Below, piece by piece: positions 43,093 through 56,858 of a stretch of DNA of 64,000 nucleotides. The DNA is from Octopus vulgaris (lineage: Eukaryota): contig OX597837.1 of NCBI GenBank assembly GCA_951406725.2, positions 42,842,001-42,906,000 of the forward strand. Direction: 5' to 3'. Each line of letters starts with the position of its first letter. Position 1 is the stretch's first letter. Made by a program: the position numbers and the translations under genes. The notes under the pieces were generated by a model, which was not told the origin of the DNA, searched no databases, and worked only from the letters and a program-made list of their open reading frames with translations.

Positions 43093-43570
43093 GTATGGCT
43101 GCGTGTTTAAGAAGCTAGCTTTGCAGTGACATCATTTCGGGTTCAGTCCTACTGCACTACAGCCCCGGGTCAACCAATGCCTTTTGAGTGAATTTGGTTG
43201 ACATGAACTGTGTGGAAGGCCGTCGTATATGTATGTATATATGTATGTATGTGTGTATGTACGTACGTACGTATGTACTTATCTGTCTGTCTGTCTGTCT
43301 CTGTCTTTCTGTCTGTGTCTCTCTATCCGTATGTGTATGTGTGTGTGTGTGTGTATATGAGTGTTATTGTGTCTGTGTATGCCCTTCTTCCACTTGATAA
43401 CCGTCGTTGGTTTCGTTATTTTCCTCTTGCGAAGCTGCTCGCCAAAAGAGACCGACAACATAGAACCAGCCTTTTCAAAAATAAGTACTGGTTTCAATTT
43501 GTTTGATTGAAAGCCTTCAAGTCGGTGCCCCAGCATGGCCGCAGTCCAATGACTGAAACAAGGAAAAGAT
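43093..43570 (+). mobile_element. SINE family A, diverged
   Basis: Head GGTTCAGTCC; tail CGGTGCCCCAGCATGGCCGCAGTCCAATGACTGAAAC. Confidence 0.8.
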
Positions 43571-44079
43571 GACAAAAATGAACGCTTCTCTGAGTTCCCG
43601 CACGCGGCAGAGCTACTTTGGCCTCCATTTTGATTTGGTGTTTCTTTGTTGCTATCCACGGCAATACAATTTTTCCGGAACACACTAGTCTTTAATGGTC
43701 TCTTTTTATAAATAAAATTAATTATTTTTTGATAACTTGATTTAAAACTTGTCTGAATTCAACTCTAAACATTTTTGCAACCAGTTTCTCTCTCTTTAGA
43801 AATCAATGAGTTGTAATAACATCCGGGTCGTAAGCCCTTTCATAGAGTCTACGATAGAGGGAGCAACATCGGTACAAATACACAAATACCAACGCGCAAC
43901 ATCCATTACAATTCTCATTTTTCAAAGTATTCATTAGATATATAAAAAAAAATGTTTTCACCCTTTGTAGTCTCTGGGCATTTCTTTGCAACAAAGAACT
44001 GATTTACTGTTTGAACTTTCTTCAATAAAACGAATGAATACCAATAACTGTACTCCGTCGGTAATGTCTGCGGAAAACA

Positions 44080-44815
44080 AAATTTGAAAAATTGAAGTTT
44101 ATCGTGGCATAGATTTTCTTCGGCCTCAGTTGACCATTCCGAAACGCGCCTGCAAATTATATAATTCAAGAGAGGAATCTTACTCATATATCTTGTTTCG
44201 CTTCCTTTCCGAGCAATATCTTCGCAAACGGCCTTGCATGCAAGTAACGTTTAAAAGTTGAAGCATGTATTTTCTTCGATATCAGGAAACCATTCCAAAT
44301 TGCTTTTGCGAATTGCAAAATTCGGGAGAAGAATCACATTCTTCTTCTAATTGCAGTTCCTTTCCGAGTATTTTCTTCGATGGAGCTTTCTTGGATGGAA
44401 GTAAAATTAGAAAGCTGAAGTTTATCATAGCATAGATTTTCATTGATCTCAGTTGAAATTCCATAATGTTCTTGCTAATTCTATAACTTGAAAAAGGAAT
44501 CATTCTCTTATTTCTTGTTCTGCGTTCTTAGTATATTCTTCGCAAGCTTCCTTGCATGCAAAGCAAAATTCGAATGCTGAAGTTTATCACAAACTAGAGT
44601 TTCTTCCATCCCAACAGACTGTTCTAAAAAGTTCTTGCGAATTGTATAATTCGAGAGAATAATACCCTTATTTCTTGTTCTGCTTTCTGTCCTCGCATTA
44701 TCTTCGCAAAGTTTCTTGCATGCAAGTAAAATTAGAATTTTGAAGTGTATTACAGCACACTTGTTCTTCGATCTCAGCAGACTATTCGAAATGCGTCTGC
44801 GAATTGTATAATTCT
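44080..44815. repeat. Diverged tandem repeat of about 162 bp, about 4.5 copies
   Basis: GAAGT(T/G)TAT recurs at 44094, 44417, 44579 and 44742; TTGCATGCAA and GCGAATTGTATAATTC recur at similar spacing. Confidence 0.7.
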
Positions 44816-44908
44816 TATTTCTTCTGCTCTTTTGTGAAACCATTTCGGATATTAAAAAAAAGTTGAGAAACCATCGTGATACTTTTGAAAATACTTTACT
44901 GCTTTTAA

Positions 44909-45282
44909 AGCGGTGAGCTGGTAGAAACGTTAGCACGCCGGGCGAAATGCTTAGCGGTATTTCGTTGGCCGCTACGTTCTGAGTTCAAATTCCGCCGAGG
45001 TCGACTTTGCCTTTCATCCTTTCGGGGTCGATTAAATAAGTACCAGTTACGCACTGGGGTCGATATAATCGACTTAATCCGTTTGTCTGTCCTTGTTTAT
45101 CCTCTCTGTGGGTAGTAAAGAAATAGAAATAGGTATTTCGTCTGTCTTTACGTTCTGAATTCCGCCGAGGTCGACTTTGCCTTTCATCCTTTAGGGGTCG
45201 ATAAATTAAGTACCAACCAGTTACCAATCGACTGGCCCCCTCCTCAAATGTTTCGGGCCTTGTGCCTAGAGTAGAAAAGAAT
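44909..45282 (+). mobile_element. SINE family B with partial internal duplication
   Basis: GCGGTGAGCTGGTAGAAACGTTAGC...GAGTTCAAATTCC...GCCTTTCATCCTTTCGGGGTCGAT; core repeated at 45132-45215. Confidence 0.88.
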
Positions 45283-45387
45283 ATGTTTCTGTTTTATTTG
45301 TTTCTCTGGCAAAGGAAATAATTTGAACCTTTTCCTTAAAGATACAAATGTTTATACACGGCCCCAAGAAAATTCTAAATGGGCCCC

Positions 45388-45560
45388 ACCTGCAAGGTCA
45401 TGTGCTGTTTATCTGGATATGAGATCATTATGCCGCACACATATGGTTGTGATGCTTGTACCTGGTGTACCCTTATCAGACGGGTAGTCATGATGGGTAT
45501 ACTGAGCTTCACATATTATACCCCAGTGTCACTTTGATGGCATGCACTCTCTCTCACTCA
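45388..45560 (+). mobile_element. Non-LTR 3' end with (AAT)n tail
   Basis: Homologous to 42096-42237. Confidence 0.65.
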
Positions 45561-45581
45561 ATAATAATAATAATGATAATA

Positions 45582-45639
<58 letters not shown>

Positions 45640-46171
45640 CAACAACAACAGCAACAACAATAATAATAATAAACCAGATGTGGAGATGACAAATCTACGA
45701 ACTTAGAATTCACAAGCAACCAGAGAATTTGAATGTTTGACCTTTGTCGTCGTTTTTGAAGTCAGCATTATAGATCAGCCTCACCTAATCTGCAAAAATA
45801 GAAAAGAAAAACAAAAAAAAAAAACAACAAAACAAAAGCAACAAGCAAAAAACAACAACAAAAGAAAGCAAGTATGCAAACAAATGAATCTTCGATCAGA
45901 ACCATCACAAGAATCCTGTATTGAAAATCAAACATAATTGATCTCTCTGAGTCCTATGCTATAACTCAGTTATAAGAAGAAGAAGAAGAAGAAAAAAAAA
46001 GGACAGAAAGAAAGAAAGAAAAAAAAAATGAAAATAAAGAAGAATAACAAGTAAAAAAAAATGTCAACAAATTTTTACCGAGAAAGAAATCAGAAAAAGC
46101 AAAGAAAATTTTTTGGGGGAAAATAGATTTTTTTTTTATTTAAAAAAAATATGGGTGAAATTATGGGTATA

Positions 46172-46300
46172 AAATAATAATGATGATGATGATGATGATG
46201 ATAATAATAATAATAATAATAATAATGATAATAATAATAATAATATATAATAATAATAATGATAACAATAATAATAATAATAATAATAGGAAGAAGAAGA

Positions 46301-46338
<38 letters not shown>

Positions 46339-46385
46339 TAATAATAATAATAATAATAACAATAATAATATTAATAATAATAATG

Positions 46386-46416
<31 letters not shown>

Positions 46417-46441
46417 TAATAATATTAATAACAATAATAAT

Positions 46442-46487
<46 letters not shown>

Positions 46488-46561
46488 TTAATAATAATAA
46501 TAAGAAGAAGAATAGTAATAATAATAATGATAAAAAGAATAGTAATATTAATAATGATAAT

Positions 46562-46592
<31 letters not shown>

Positions 46593-46618
46593 TTAATAAT
46601 AATAATAATAAATAAATA

Positions 46619-46676
<58 letters not shown>

Positions 46677-46704
46677 TTATAATAATAATAATAATAAATA
46701 AATA

Positions 46705-46769
<65 letters not shown>

Positions 46770-46840
46770 TAATAATATTAATAATAATAATAATAATAAT
46801 ATTGATAATAATAATAATATTAATAAATAATAATAATAAA
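46172..46840. repeat. (AAT)n microsatellite
   Basis: Directly visible. Confidence 0.95.
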
Positions 46841-47243
46841 ACGCCGGGGATATCGCATAGAAATTCAGTATTATTTCCATTTGTTTATTTATTTGTAAAA
46901 CTTGTTAGGGAATAATTATTTGAGGCAAATAAGAAAGAAAACTTTCCTGAAACAAAATAAAATGAAATAAAATAAAATAAAATAAAAATATAATAATAGA
47001 AAAGAAAAAGAATAAAAAACAAACAATAACTTGAAGTCGCTTAAGTGGCGATCATTTTTATAGCCTTCAAGTTTATTGATTTTAGAGTAACTTCGATAGA
47101 AAGGTTAGTACAGCGTGGCCATCGATAATTTGTTTATTAAAGAAAAGAGAGGAGGAAAATAAATAAACATGATAACAGTTGAATTACATAAGACGCCATC
47201 GGCCTTATTTTAAGCAATATGTATTTATGTCTATATATATATA

Positions 47244-47295
<52 letters not shown>

Positions 47296-47299
47296 CATG

Positions 47300-47334
<35 letters not shown>

Positions 47335-48144
47335 GCATGTATATATGTATATATGTGTGTGTATACATGTATATATGCATGTATGTAAATGTATATGCAT
47401 ATGTATATATATATATAGATAGATATAGATAGATATAGATATATACACAAAACACATATACATATTTATACATGTACGTCATATGAATGCATATACACAT
47501 ATGTGTGTATATGTATATATTTATGTATATATATATACATACACATACAGATATATGCATATCTGTATATACTTACACGTACATGAACATACATACGTAC
47601 ATACATATACATACATACACGCACACACACAAACACACATATATATGAATGATATATATATATTATATATATATATATATTATATTATATTATATATATA
47701 TATGTAGGTATATACATTATGTATATTTTATATATATGTATGTATATATGTATGCATATATGAAACATACATATATATGTATATGTTTGATGTATAAATA
47801 TTTATATTCTTAAATTCTATGAAGAAAAAGCAAAACAAAGCCCATCAAAAACACACAAACAAGAAACAAAGAACAATATGATTATTCTAAAACACAACAC
47901 GCTATGGTTGACAACTATTATTAATATTTGGAAATCAAGTTTGATGATGACGTTGTTATTGCGACTATTAATGTTTATGGTGTTGTCTATGTTGTTGTTG
48001 TCACAGTAAATAGTTGTGTAGAAGCAGTCACGTCATGTAATCCTTCCTCTCGTGTGAACGTTAGTTTCGTCTTCATTACTACAGCATAGGTATTGCGGAG
48101 AAGTTTCATATACTGGATCGGGTCTTGTCAACGTCACTTATTAC

Positions 48145-48291
48145 AGGTTTTTCTTGTTTTAGTCATTAGAAGATAACGGTCACGCTGGGGGCAGCGCTTG
48201 GAAGTATTTAATTTTGTTGAATGAATTGGCCGCAGTATTTATTTTTTTTTAGTTACGGAGACATAAACACACCATAAACCGTTAAGTTACG

Positions 48292-48341
<50 letters not shown>

Positions 48342-48650
48342 TATATTATATATGTATATTCTATATATGTGCGTGTATATGTATGCATATATGAAACATA
48401 CATACACCAACATACAAGAAAATACACCAACACCGGTTGTAAAACGGTAGCTGGGGACAAACACATACACAAAAACACATACACACACATACAACAGGTT
48501 TCTTTCAGTTTTCGTCTAGCAAATCCACTCTCAAGACTTTGGTCGATTCAAGGCTATAGAAGAAAATATTTGCTCAAGGTGCCACGCAGTGCGACGTAAC
48601 CCGGAACCATATGGTTGGGAAGGAAGCTTGTTACCACAGAGCCGCTCCTA
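48145..48650 (-). mobile_element. SINE family A, diverged
   Basis: TTTCTTTCAGTTTTCGTCTAGCAAATCCACTC...CCGGAACCAT matches family A on the minus strand. Confidence 0.75.
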
Positions 48651-48756
48651 CGTCACACGTCTCCAGATATATTTTTAGCATTGCACTAAAGCTGAGTGAA
48701 ACATCAACCAAATGCAGCATGTATAGGGTGTTTGCACTTATAACCACCAATTTAGT

Positions 48757-48912
48757 ATGTTCTTTCTCGAGCCATGCCTGGCTCATAAGAGCCGGTTTCC
48801 CGGTTTCCTTGGCCTATAAGTTCCCCACCTGGACGGGACGCCGGTCCGTCGCAGGTGAGCTGCAAGGTGCAGGAGGAAAGAGTGAGAGAAAGTTGTGGCG
48901 AAAGAGTCAGCG
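48757..48912 (-). mobile_element. SINE family D' 3' half
   Basis: Homologous to 53077-53232. Confidence 0.8.
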
Positions 48913-48978
48913 GAACCATGTGGTTAGGTAGCAAAATTATTACCACACAGCCACACAATCACTAACACACACAATCAC

Positions 48979-49021
<43 letters not shown>

Positions 49022-49243
49022 AACACGCAGGTATGTATCTATGCATGTATTAAAATTTTGCAACAATAGAGGTGACAGTGACTTCGAAGCATACACTGTA
49101 GTAAGAGCACTGAGTCGTCCTTCAGTTTATTGAAAAATTGTTCTCATATATAACTTGACATAAAAACATATATATATGTGCGTGTTTCTACGTAACTGAG
49201 TGTGTGTGTGCGTTTCTCTCTCTCTCTCTTTCTCTCTCTCTTT

Positions 49244-49320
<77 letters not shown>

Positions 49321-49557
49321 ATATATATATGTATATATATACGATTAGAGGTTGTGTTAACCTCATGAAGGGATTGTTTCATCCAAGGAAATACCGGTTG
49401 AATAACTAATATTTTTTGGGAATTAATTTCCTTAAAATAATAGGTATATATATAAAAAGAACAACTTATTGTTTAAATTCATTTAAAGAAGAAAAAAGAA
49501 GATGGAGATTGGGAAGATAAATGATTTTTTTAATTATTAACAACAAATCAATCCTCA

Positions 49558-49642
49558 TCCCTTACAGCTGTTTCAATTAATACTTAGTGAATCGAATTAA
49601 ATATTAAATTCATATGACCTGAGGATAATATCGTCAGAGGGA
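49558..49642 (-). ncRNA. Type I hammerhead-like motif with a long, degenerate stem II
   Basis: Minus strand TCCCT-CTGACGA-(56 nt)-GAAAC-AGCT-GTA-AGGGA: perfect 5-bp stem I, palindromic stem III, GUA triplet. Confidence 0.65.
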
Positions 49643-49709
49643 AAGAAAATAAATATTACCTTGAATGTTTTATATGTGTTTATGGATTCATTATGGTAGT
49701 AATAATACT

Positions 49710-50037
49710 AAAGACCCCTTTTGGTCATAAATAACTATGAGATTGAACCCAGAAAGTTACCTTCCGAGGCACAAGTCCGGGCAAGGTTGTTTATGGAAGA
49801 CGAACAATCGCCCGTGCATTCCACCTTCCTCTCTACATGCCACTGATGTTATCCAAGAGAAAGACAAAGGCCGATACAGCTTGGCACACGTGACATCGCA
49901 ACGAATTTCTACAGCTGATTGAACGTGAAGTAAAGTGTCTTGCTCAAGAGCACAACACGCAGCTCGGTCCAGGAATTGAACTCGCTGTCTCATGATTGTC
50001 AGCTCGCCGCTCTAACCACTGAACCATGTGTCTTCAC
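49710..50037 (-). mobile_element. SINE family C (tRNA head, V/CORE-like core)
   Basis: Minus strand TGGTTCAGTGGTTAGAGC...GAGTTCAATTCC...GTGCTCTTGAGCAAGACACTT. Confidence 0.85.
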
Positions 50038-50146
50038 CGTTTTGATAGTATAACATACGTAATGCCAGAGTGAGTCAATCTTGATTGTTTGTCTGAAGTT
50101 TTTTAAGTGTTAAATAGTCCCAATCTGAACTACAGCAGATAGAGAG

Positions 50147-50394
50147 AGGTATCGAGATTGAGAGAATCAACCATTCTAAATGAAATTGTTCATTGTGGTC
50201 TTTTAGATCCCAAATTAATTTACTAAGCCCTGTACTATTACGTTTATTTCTATCTCTAAATTTCTATCCATTACTCAACATTTAGAGATAGGAATAAACG
50301 TAATAGTACCGGTCTCAGCAACCTAATTTGGGATCTAAAAGACCACAATGAACAATTTGATTTAGAATGATTGATTCTCTCAATCTCGATACCT
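50147..50394. mobile_element. Fold-back palindrome (MITE-like), arms about 115 bp
   Basis: AGGTATCGAGATTGAGAGAATCAA...CTATCTCTAAAT, 18-nt spacer, ATTTAGAGATAG...TTGATTCTCTCAATCTCGATACCT. Confidence 0.8.
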
Positions 50395-50835
50395 TATGAC
50401 AAAGGCAAGGAATTCTGTATTCTCTGCAATTCTGAGCTATTTTTCATTATTTTTTCTAAAAATCCCCTAGTAAACACGGTTATAGAGCGAGCATACAGAT
50501 GTAAACATTGGCAAAAACACACATTTAATGCATATAAGTAGTCTCTATCATTATATATAATTTAAACTTTAATTTCCTTTATATTTAACATTCACTATTA
50601 ATATCCCTACTCTTTCTGTAAGCTACTTCTGACGTTATATCATATAACGTTTTTCAAGCATTATTAATAGCGTTCAGTAAATCACTATACAAATCCATCA
50701 TTTTTTTGTTTTTTCACTTTCCTGAAGAGAAGATTGTGTTGTTTTATACCATTTATTCTTTTGAATAGTATCAGTGGAATTTTCGAAACATGTCTCGAAA
50801 GTAAAAATATTTGATTTATACCTGCGTTTAACTCC

Positions 50836-50873
<38 letters not shown>

Positions 50874-50876
50874 GCA

Positions 50877-51015
50877 ATTCAAAGGGCCAGCCTTGTAACA
50901 TTACGCTATGGGTGCGTGCGCCTGTGGAGCCTTCAGCCACTTGCACATTAATTTCACGATAAGGCTGTTCCGTTGATCGGATCAATTGGAACCCTCGTCG
51001 TCGTAACCGACAGAG

Positions 51016-51020
<5 letters not shown>
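50877..51020 (+). mobile_element. SINE family D tail fragment
   Basis: TTAATTTCACGA..AGGCTGTTCCGTTG..CGGATCAA..GGAACCCTCGTCGTCGTAACCGAC matches about 37885-37950. Confidence 0.8.
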
Positions 51021-51072
<52 letters not shown>

Positions 51073-51158
51073 TACATACATCCATACATACACACATACA
51101 CACATACACACACACATATGCACACGTATTTATGCATGTGTGTATATATATTTACATA

Positions 51159-51550
51159 TCTCTCTCTATATAAAGCTGAAGTTGTCTGTGTATGGCAGGT
51201 TTGGTAGCTTTCAACTAACACTATCTCCTCCGAGACCCTGCGGCGCAAGTTGACCAAAATTGAGAGTATGATAGAAGAAGGCTTGCTCTTCATTCCGTAG
51301 AAGAAAAAAATTCAAATCGGATCATGTTAAGACCCAAAAATATTTACATCAAAAAGGTGCTATTTTCTATGAAAATCCCTACTTTTTACAATTTTTTGAC
51401 TGCTGTGTCACGATTTTTAAGTGTATTTCAACCAGAAAAATGTTCACTTAAAGAGAATAACAAGCTACATAATGCAAAAGTTTTACCTTTCAAAAATTTC
51501 AATTCTAAAGGGTCGAACCAAACCCGATCAACGCCGGGCTATACTGCTAA
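51159..51550 (+). mobile_element. Non-autonomous Helitron, apparently complete
   Basis: A|TC start; subterminal hairpin CCCG-ATCAACGC-CGGG at 51523-51538; CTAA|T end (CTRR); no TSD. Confidence 0.75.
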
Positions 51551-51984
51551 TATATATATATATATATATGTATATGTATATGTCCACGCACGTACATATA
51601 CACAGACACTCTCTCACACGCATATATGGAGATAGACAGCTAAACAATATCGAAATGTTTTTATTTTGAGCGATTCCCAAATTGCAATAATTCAAGCGGA
51701 TGTTAGTTATGGCGTCTATGTCACACAATTTGCTCCAACGTTGCACTCTCTTCACATCTTTCTCTCCTTCTCTCTCTCTCTCTCTTCGTTTTCACCTCTC
51801 TCTATGTCTCGTTCTTTCTCTCTCCCTCTCGCTCTCCCACGTCTCTGTCGTTCACTCTTTTTCTACTTTGGCTGCTTCAATTGTTCTTACTGGACGTTGG
51901 ATGTAAAAAGTGTTTAAGCTTGGCACCAAATTCGAGTAGAAAATTACTGCCAAATCTGTAGCAGTTATTCAAAGACATCGGGGA

Positions 51985-52566
51985 GAGGTGAAGGAGGAGG
52001 AGGAGGATGAGAAGGAGGAGAGCAAAGGTGGTTGAAGAGGAAGTAGAGGACGAAGAGGTTGAAAAAATGAGGGGTAGAAGGAGGAGCAAGGTGATAAGGA
52101 CTAAGAGGAGGAAGAGGACAAGGAGAAAGGGATGGAAGAATGATAAGAGGAGGAGGAGGAGGAGAAGAAGGAGAAAGAAGAAGAAGAAAAAGGAGGAAGC
52201 GAAGAAGTAAAAGATGGTAGTGGTAATGGTGGTGGTTGTGGTGGTGGTGGTGGTGGTGGTGGTGGTGATGATAAGGAGAAGAAAAAGTAGATGAAGAAAG
52301 GGGAAGAGGAAGAGGAGGAGGAGGAGGAGGAATAAGAGGAAAGGAGAAAGTAACAGCAGCAGCAGCAGCAGCAGAAGAAGAAGAAGAAGAAGAAGAAGAA
52401 GAAGAAGAAGAAGAAGAAGAAGAAGAAGAAGAAGAAGAAGAAGAAGAAGAAGAAGAAGAAGAAGAAGAAGAAGAAGAAGAAGAAGAAGAAGAAGAAGAAG
52501 AAGAAGAAGAAGAAGAAGAAGAAGAAGAAGAAGAAGAAGAAGAAGAAGAAGAAGAAAAAGAAAGAG
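51985..52566. repeat. (GAG)n/(GGT)n/(GAA)n low-complexity tract
   Basis: Directly visible. Confidence 0.93.
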
Positions 52567-53069
52567 GATGCAGTGTAGCGATGTGAAGTGACGTGAATTT
52601 GCTTATGAAACCATTTCACATTATGATGAATGGAAGAGAAATTACTCAGGGACCCCGTCTAATGCACCAAACATAACAGTTAAGTCAGAGCCCATCACAG
52701 TGAGCGCTGGTTTACACTTCATTTATGTTTCTGATATTCAACGGGATGGAATGAACGCATCAGTATTCTCAGCCTCCCATAATCTGATATTCTCCTTCTA
52801 TTTCGATCGACTGATCTTAATGAAGTTATCTCCCTTGCTAGTGAGAATTTGAGTTCAGTTATGTACACTCCTTGAGGAATTCGTCCACTAATCAATTGGA
52901 TAAGCTTAGACGAGTGAAAATGCTGAGTCTACTCTATTATTATATATGTGAGGTTCTCTAGTGTCTCTATTTAATATGGAGGATGGTTTCTCCGAGGAAT
53001 TTTATCCTTGTACATAATGTTGATGCGTTTCGGTGCCTATCACTTCGATCATTGCCTATCACTTTGATC

Positions 53070-53377
53070 TTTGTTGTTTGTTCCTTCTCGAGCCATGCCT
53101 GGCTCATAAGGGCCGGTTTCCCGGTTTCTTGGCGTAAAGGTTCCCCACCCGGACGGGACGCCGGTCCGTCACAGGTGAGCTGCAAGATGCAGGAGGAAAG
53201 AGTGAGAGAAAGTTGTGGCGAAAGAGTGAGCAGAAGTTCGCCATTACCTTCTGCTGGAGCCGCGTAGAGCTTAGGTGTTTTCGCTCATGAACACACACCT
53301 CGCCCGGCCTGAGATTCGAACCTGCGGTCCCTCGACCGCGAATCCGCAGCTCTAACCACTAGGCCATGTGCCTCCAC
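53070..53377 (-). mobile_element. tRNA-derived SINE family D', full length
   Basis: Minus strand TGGCCTAGTGG (A box) and GGTTCGAATC (B box); head shared with family D, different tail ending in (CAA)n. Confidence 0.88.
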
Positions 53378-53859
53378 ACTTTGATCATTCACAATGGTCT
53401 GTTGTTGCCTCGTGTGACAAGGCCTGAAAACACTCATTTAGTTAGCCAACTAATGAAAACAACGGACATATTTCAGTCTTATTTATCCTTCTCATGAAAC
53501 GACGTATTTTGCATTCGATTCACAAGATTAACCCATTTTAACCCACTGTCCTCGTTTGAGGACAGTTGTATTTGGTTTGTTTACTGCAATAAAGATTAAC
53601 TGGTCGCAAAATTGTGCTTCTTGAATTTACTTAACTATTGTGCTTGGTTCATTTGATGCAATAAAGGTTAACTGGACAGCCACAACACGTCAACAGCGAC
53701 TGGGCATACAACTAAACGCAGCATAAACCCTGTTATAACCAGCACTACTACCAGAACCGCCATGATGACAACTGCCACTACAAAACCATCACAACCGCTA
53801 CCTTCAACATTAGCATCACCACGACGGCCACCATCAGCGCAGCCAACACAATCATCGCA

Positions 53860-54810
53860 ACCACCACCACCCACCACCACCACCACCACCACCACCACCA
53901 CCACCACCACCACCACCACCACCACCACCACCACCACCACCATGAACAACAACAACTACATCAGTAACACCATTAACTACATCAACCGTCACCATCACCA
54001 CTACCACCACCACCACCACTACCATCACCTCTCCCAACATTTTACCAGTACTACCGCCACTACCACCACTATCATCGCGAGTACCACCAGCACCACCATC
54101 AGCACCACCGACAGCGCCACTATCGCCACCATGACCACGACTACCACCAACGCCACCATCATCCGCCACTACCCCTCAACAAAACCACCATTGTCAACAC
54201 AAGTAATACAACCATTACGACCGTCGCCATATATTTCATATATTTCTTTATTACCCACAAGGGGCTAAACAGAGAAGGGACAAACAAGGACAGACAAACG
54301 GATTAAGTCGATTACATCGACCCCAGTGCATTACTGGTACTTATTTAATCGACCCAGAAATGATGAAAGGTAAAGTGGACCTCGGCGGAATTTGAACTCA
54401 GAACGTAACGGCAGACGAAATACGGCTACGCATTTCGCCTAGCGTGCTAACGTTTCTGCCAAACGGCGACGACGATCAGCACCATCACCAGCACCACCAC
54501 CAGAACCACCACCAGCACCAGCACCAGCACCAGTACCGCCACCACCACCACCACCAAAACCCACCACAACCACTAGCACCAGCACCATCACCACCACCAC
54601 CACCACCACCACCACCACCACCACCACCACCACCACCACCACCACCACCACCACCACCACCACCACCACTACCACCACCACCACCACCACTACCACCACC
54701 ACCACCACCACTACCACCACCACCACCACCACCACGACCACGACGACGACGACCACCACCACCAGCACCGCCACCAAAAACCCACCACCACCACCACCAC
54801 CACCAGCCCC
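53860..54810. repeat. (CCA)n tracts flanking a SINE
   Basis: Directly visible. Confidence 0.9.
54243..54462 (-). mobile_element. SINE family B
   Basis: Homologous to 30905-31124. Confidence 0.88.
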
Positions 54811-55409
54811 CCCGCCCTACAACCACATCTACCAGCCATTATCTCATACGACAAATGCAGAAAAATCCAGTTCCGTCTTCCATGTCATATTCTGATCCCA
54901 CCTCCAACATTATTTACATCAATCATCATAAATAAGCTACGTCGTTTCCAAGTTCTAACCAAGATTGCTGTCTCGCGCGTTCCGCCATTTTCTCAAATAT
55001 TGGTCTTGTTCTTGTCGTTGGCACTGTAGTCTTTTTTTGTTGCTGTTGTTGTTTTTGTTGCTTTCTTCCTTTTTATTTCTACCTGTTTCTTGAATTTTTT
55101 TTTTTTTTTTTGCTTTGTTTCGAATTTCGCAGAATTAATCACGCTACCAGTCAACACATTAGGTTTTTATTGGTGTCAGGTTTTGCGGACGAAGAAACTT
55201 ACAAAAACCCGATCCTTGCTGTTCGCCATATTGTGTGTAACTTGTAAGGAAATTAAAATTTAACGAAACGAAGAATTTTTTTTCTTTTTTTAAAATTTAG
55301 AACGATGAGATCTTGAATGTAACATAGAATACAAAACAAACGCTTAAATATTAAAAACAAAATAATGTTATCGTGTTGAAATTAGAAACGATATTTTAAT
55401 TAAGGGAGA

Positions 55410-55433
55410 TGTTAGTAGTAGTAGTAGTAGTAA

Positions 55434-55503
<70 letters not shown>

Positions 55504-56373
55504 CGGAATGATGAGAGAAAGGGATGGAAGGAGTGAAAGACTGAAAGAGAGAGAGAGAGAGAGAGAGAAAGATTTAATAAGGAGGGGAAAATTAATAGGA
55601 TGGAGACAGGAGAGGAAAATCACATGAGAGAGAGAGAGAGAGAGGTGGAGAGAGAGAAAGAGAGTGAGATAGAGTATGTGTGTGTGAGAGAGAGAGGGAG
55701 AAAGAGTAACAAACAAGGGAGAGAGAGAGAGAGATTTTATAAGGAGGTGAAAAGAAAAAGAAAGGAAAGGATAGAGAAGATGAAAGAGAGACGAAAAAGA
55801 GTAAAAAAAACGAAAGAGAGAGAGAGACACACACACTGAATAAAGAAGTGAAAATAGAAAAGAAAAGGAAGAGGAGAGAGATTGGCGAAGGAGTAGGGAC
55901 GAAGAAGGTTGAAAACGGAAAAGAAAGAAGAAAAAAGAGAGTCTACAGATAGAAGGGAAAAAGAGAAAAAGAGAAATAGGGTAGATAAAGGTAGAATAAG
56001 AAAGAGAAGAAATGTTATGGAGGAGAGAATAGAGAATGGGAATTCATAACGTAGGGAGATGATGTGAGAGTACGAAACATAAAGAGAGAAAGCGGGGAAG
56101 GTTGAATGAAAGGTCGACATGTAAAGATAGAAACGCGAGGGAGGTAGAGAAAGAAAGAGGAAGAAAGAGAGACAGATGGACAAGGATATAGAGAGAAAAA
56201 GCTGAGGGTAACATGTTGAGAGCAAGAGAGACATATAAGGAGAATATTGAACGAAGACAAAAGGGAGAGAGAAAGAAAGAAGGTAGATAGATTGACAGAT
56301 ATAAAGAAGGAGGGAGAGAAAAGAAAGAAAGAGAAACACAATCAGAGAGAGAGAGAGAAAGAGAGAGAGAGAA

Positions 56374-56443
<70 letters not shown>

Positions 56444-56653
56444 AGATAGAGAGAAAGAGAGAGAGAAAGAGAGAGATAGAGAGTGAGAGAGAGATACAAA
56501 GAAAGAAACAGGGAGAGAGAAAAGAGGGGGAAAGGTTGAGATGATGAACATATAAGGGGAATATTGAACGACGGAAAGAGGAAGAGAAAAAAAGGCTAGC
56601 TAGCTAGACAGATAAATATACAGGAGAGAGAGAAAGAGAAAGAGAGAGAGAAT

Positions 56654-56691
<38 letters not shown>

Positions 56692-56795
56692 AAGATAGTG
56701 AGAGAGAAAGAGAGCGCGGATGGTCGAAATCAAGATAAGTAGGTTAGAGGAGAGAGGAAGAGAAAATAGAGGGAGGGAAAAATAATGAAAAAGAG

Positions 56796-56858
<63 letters not shown>

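Noticed and set aside
52696-52708. 13-bp match CACAGTGAGCGCT to the array monomer
   Set aside because: Too short and does not extend convincingly
54840-55240. Possible promoter or first exon (YY1-like CGCCATTTT/CGCCATATT; also at about 25910)
   Set aside because: Short motifs only; no supportable ORF or splice structure
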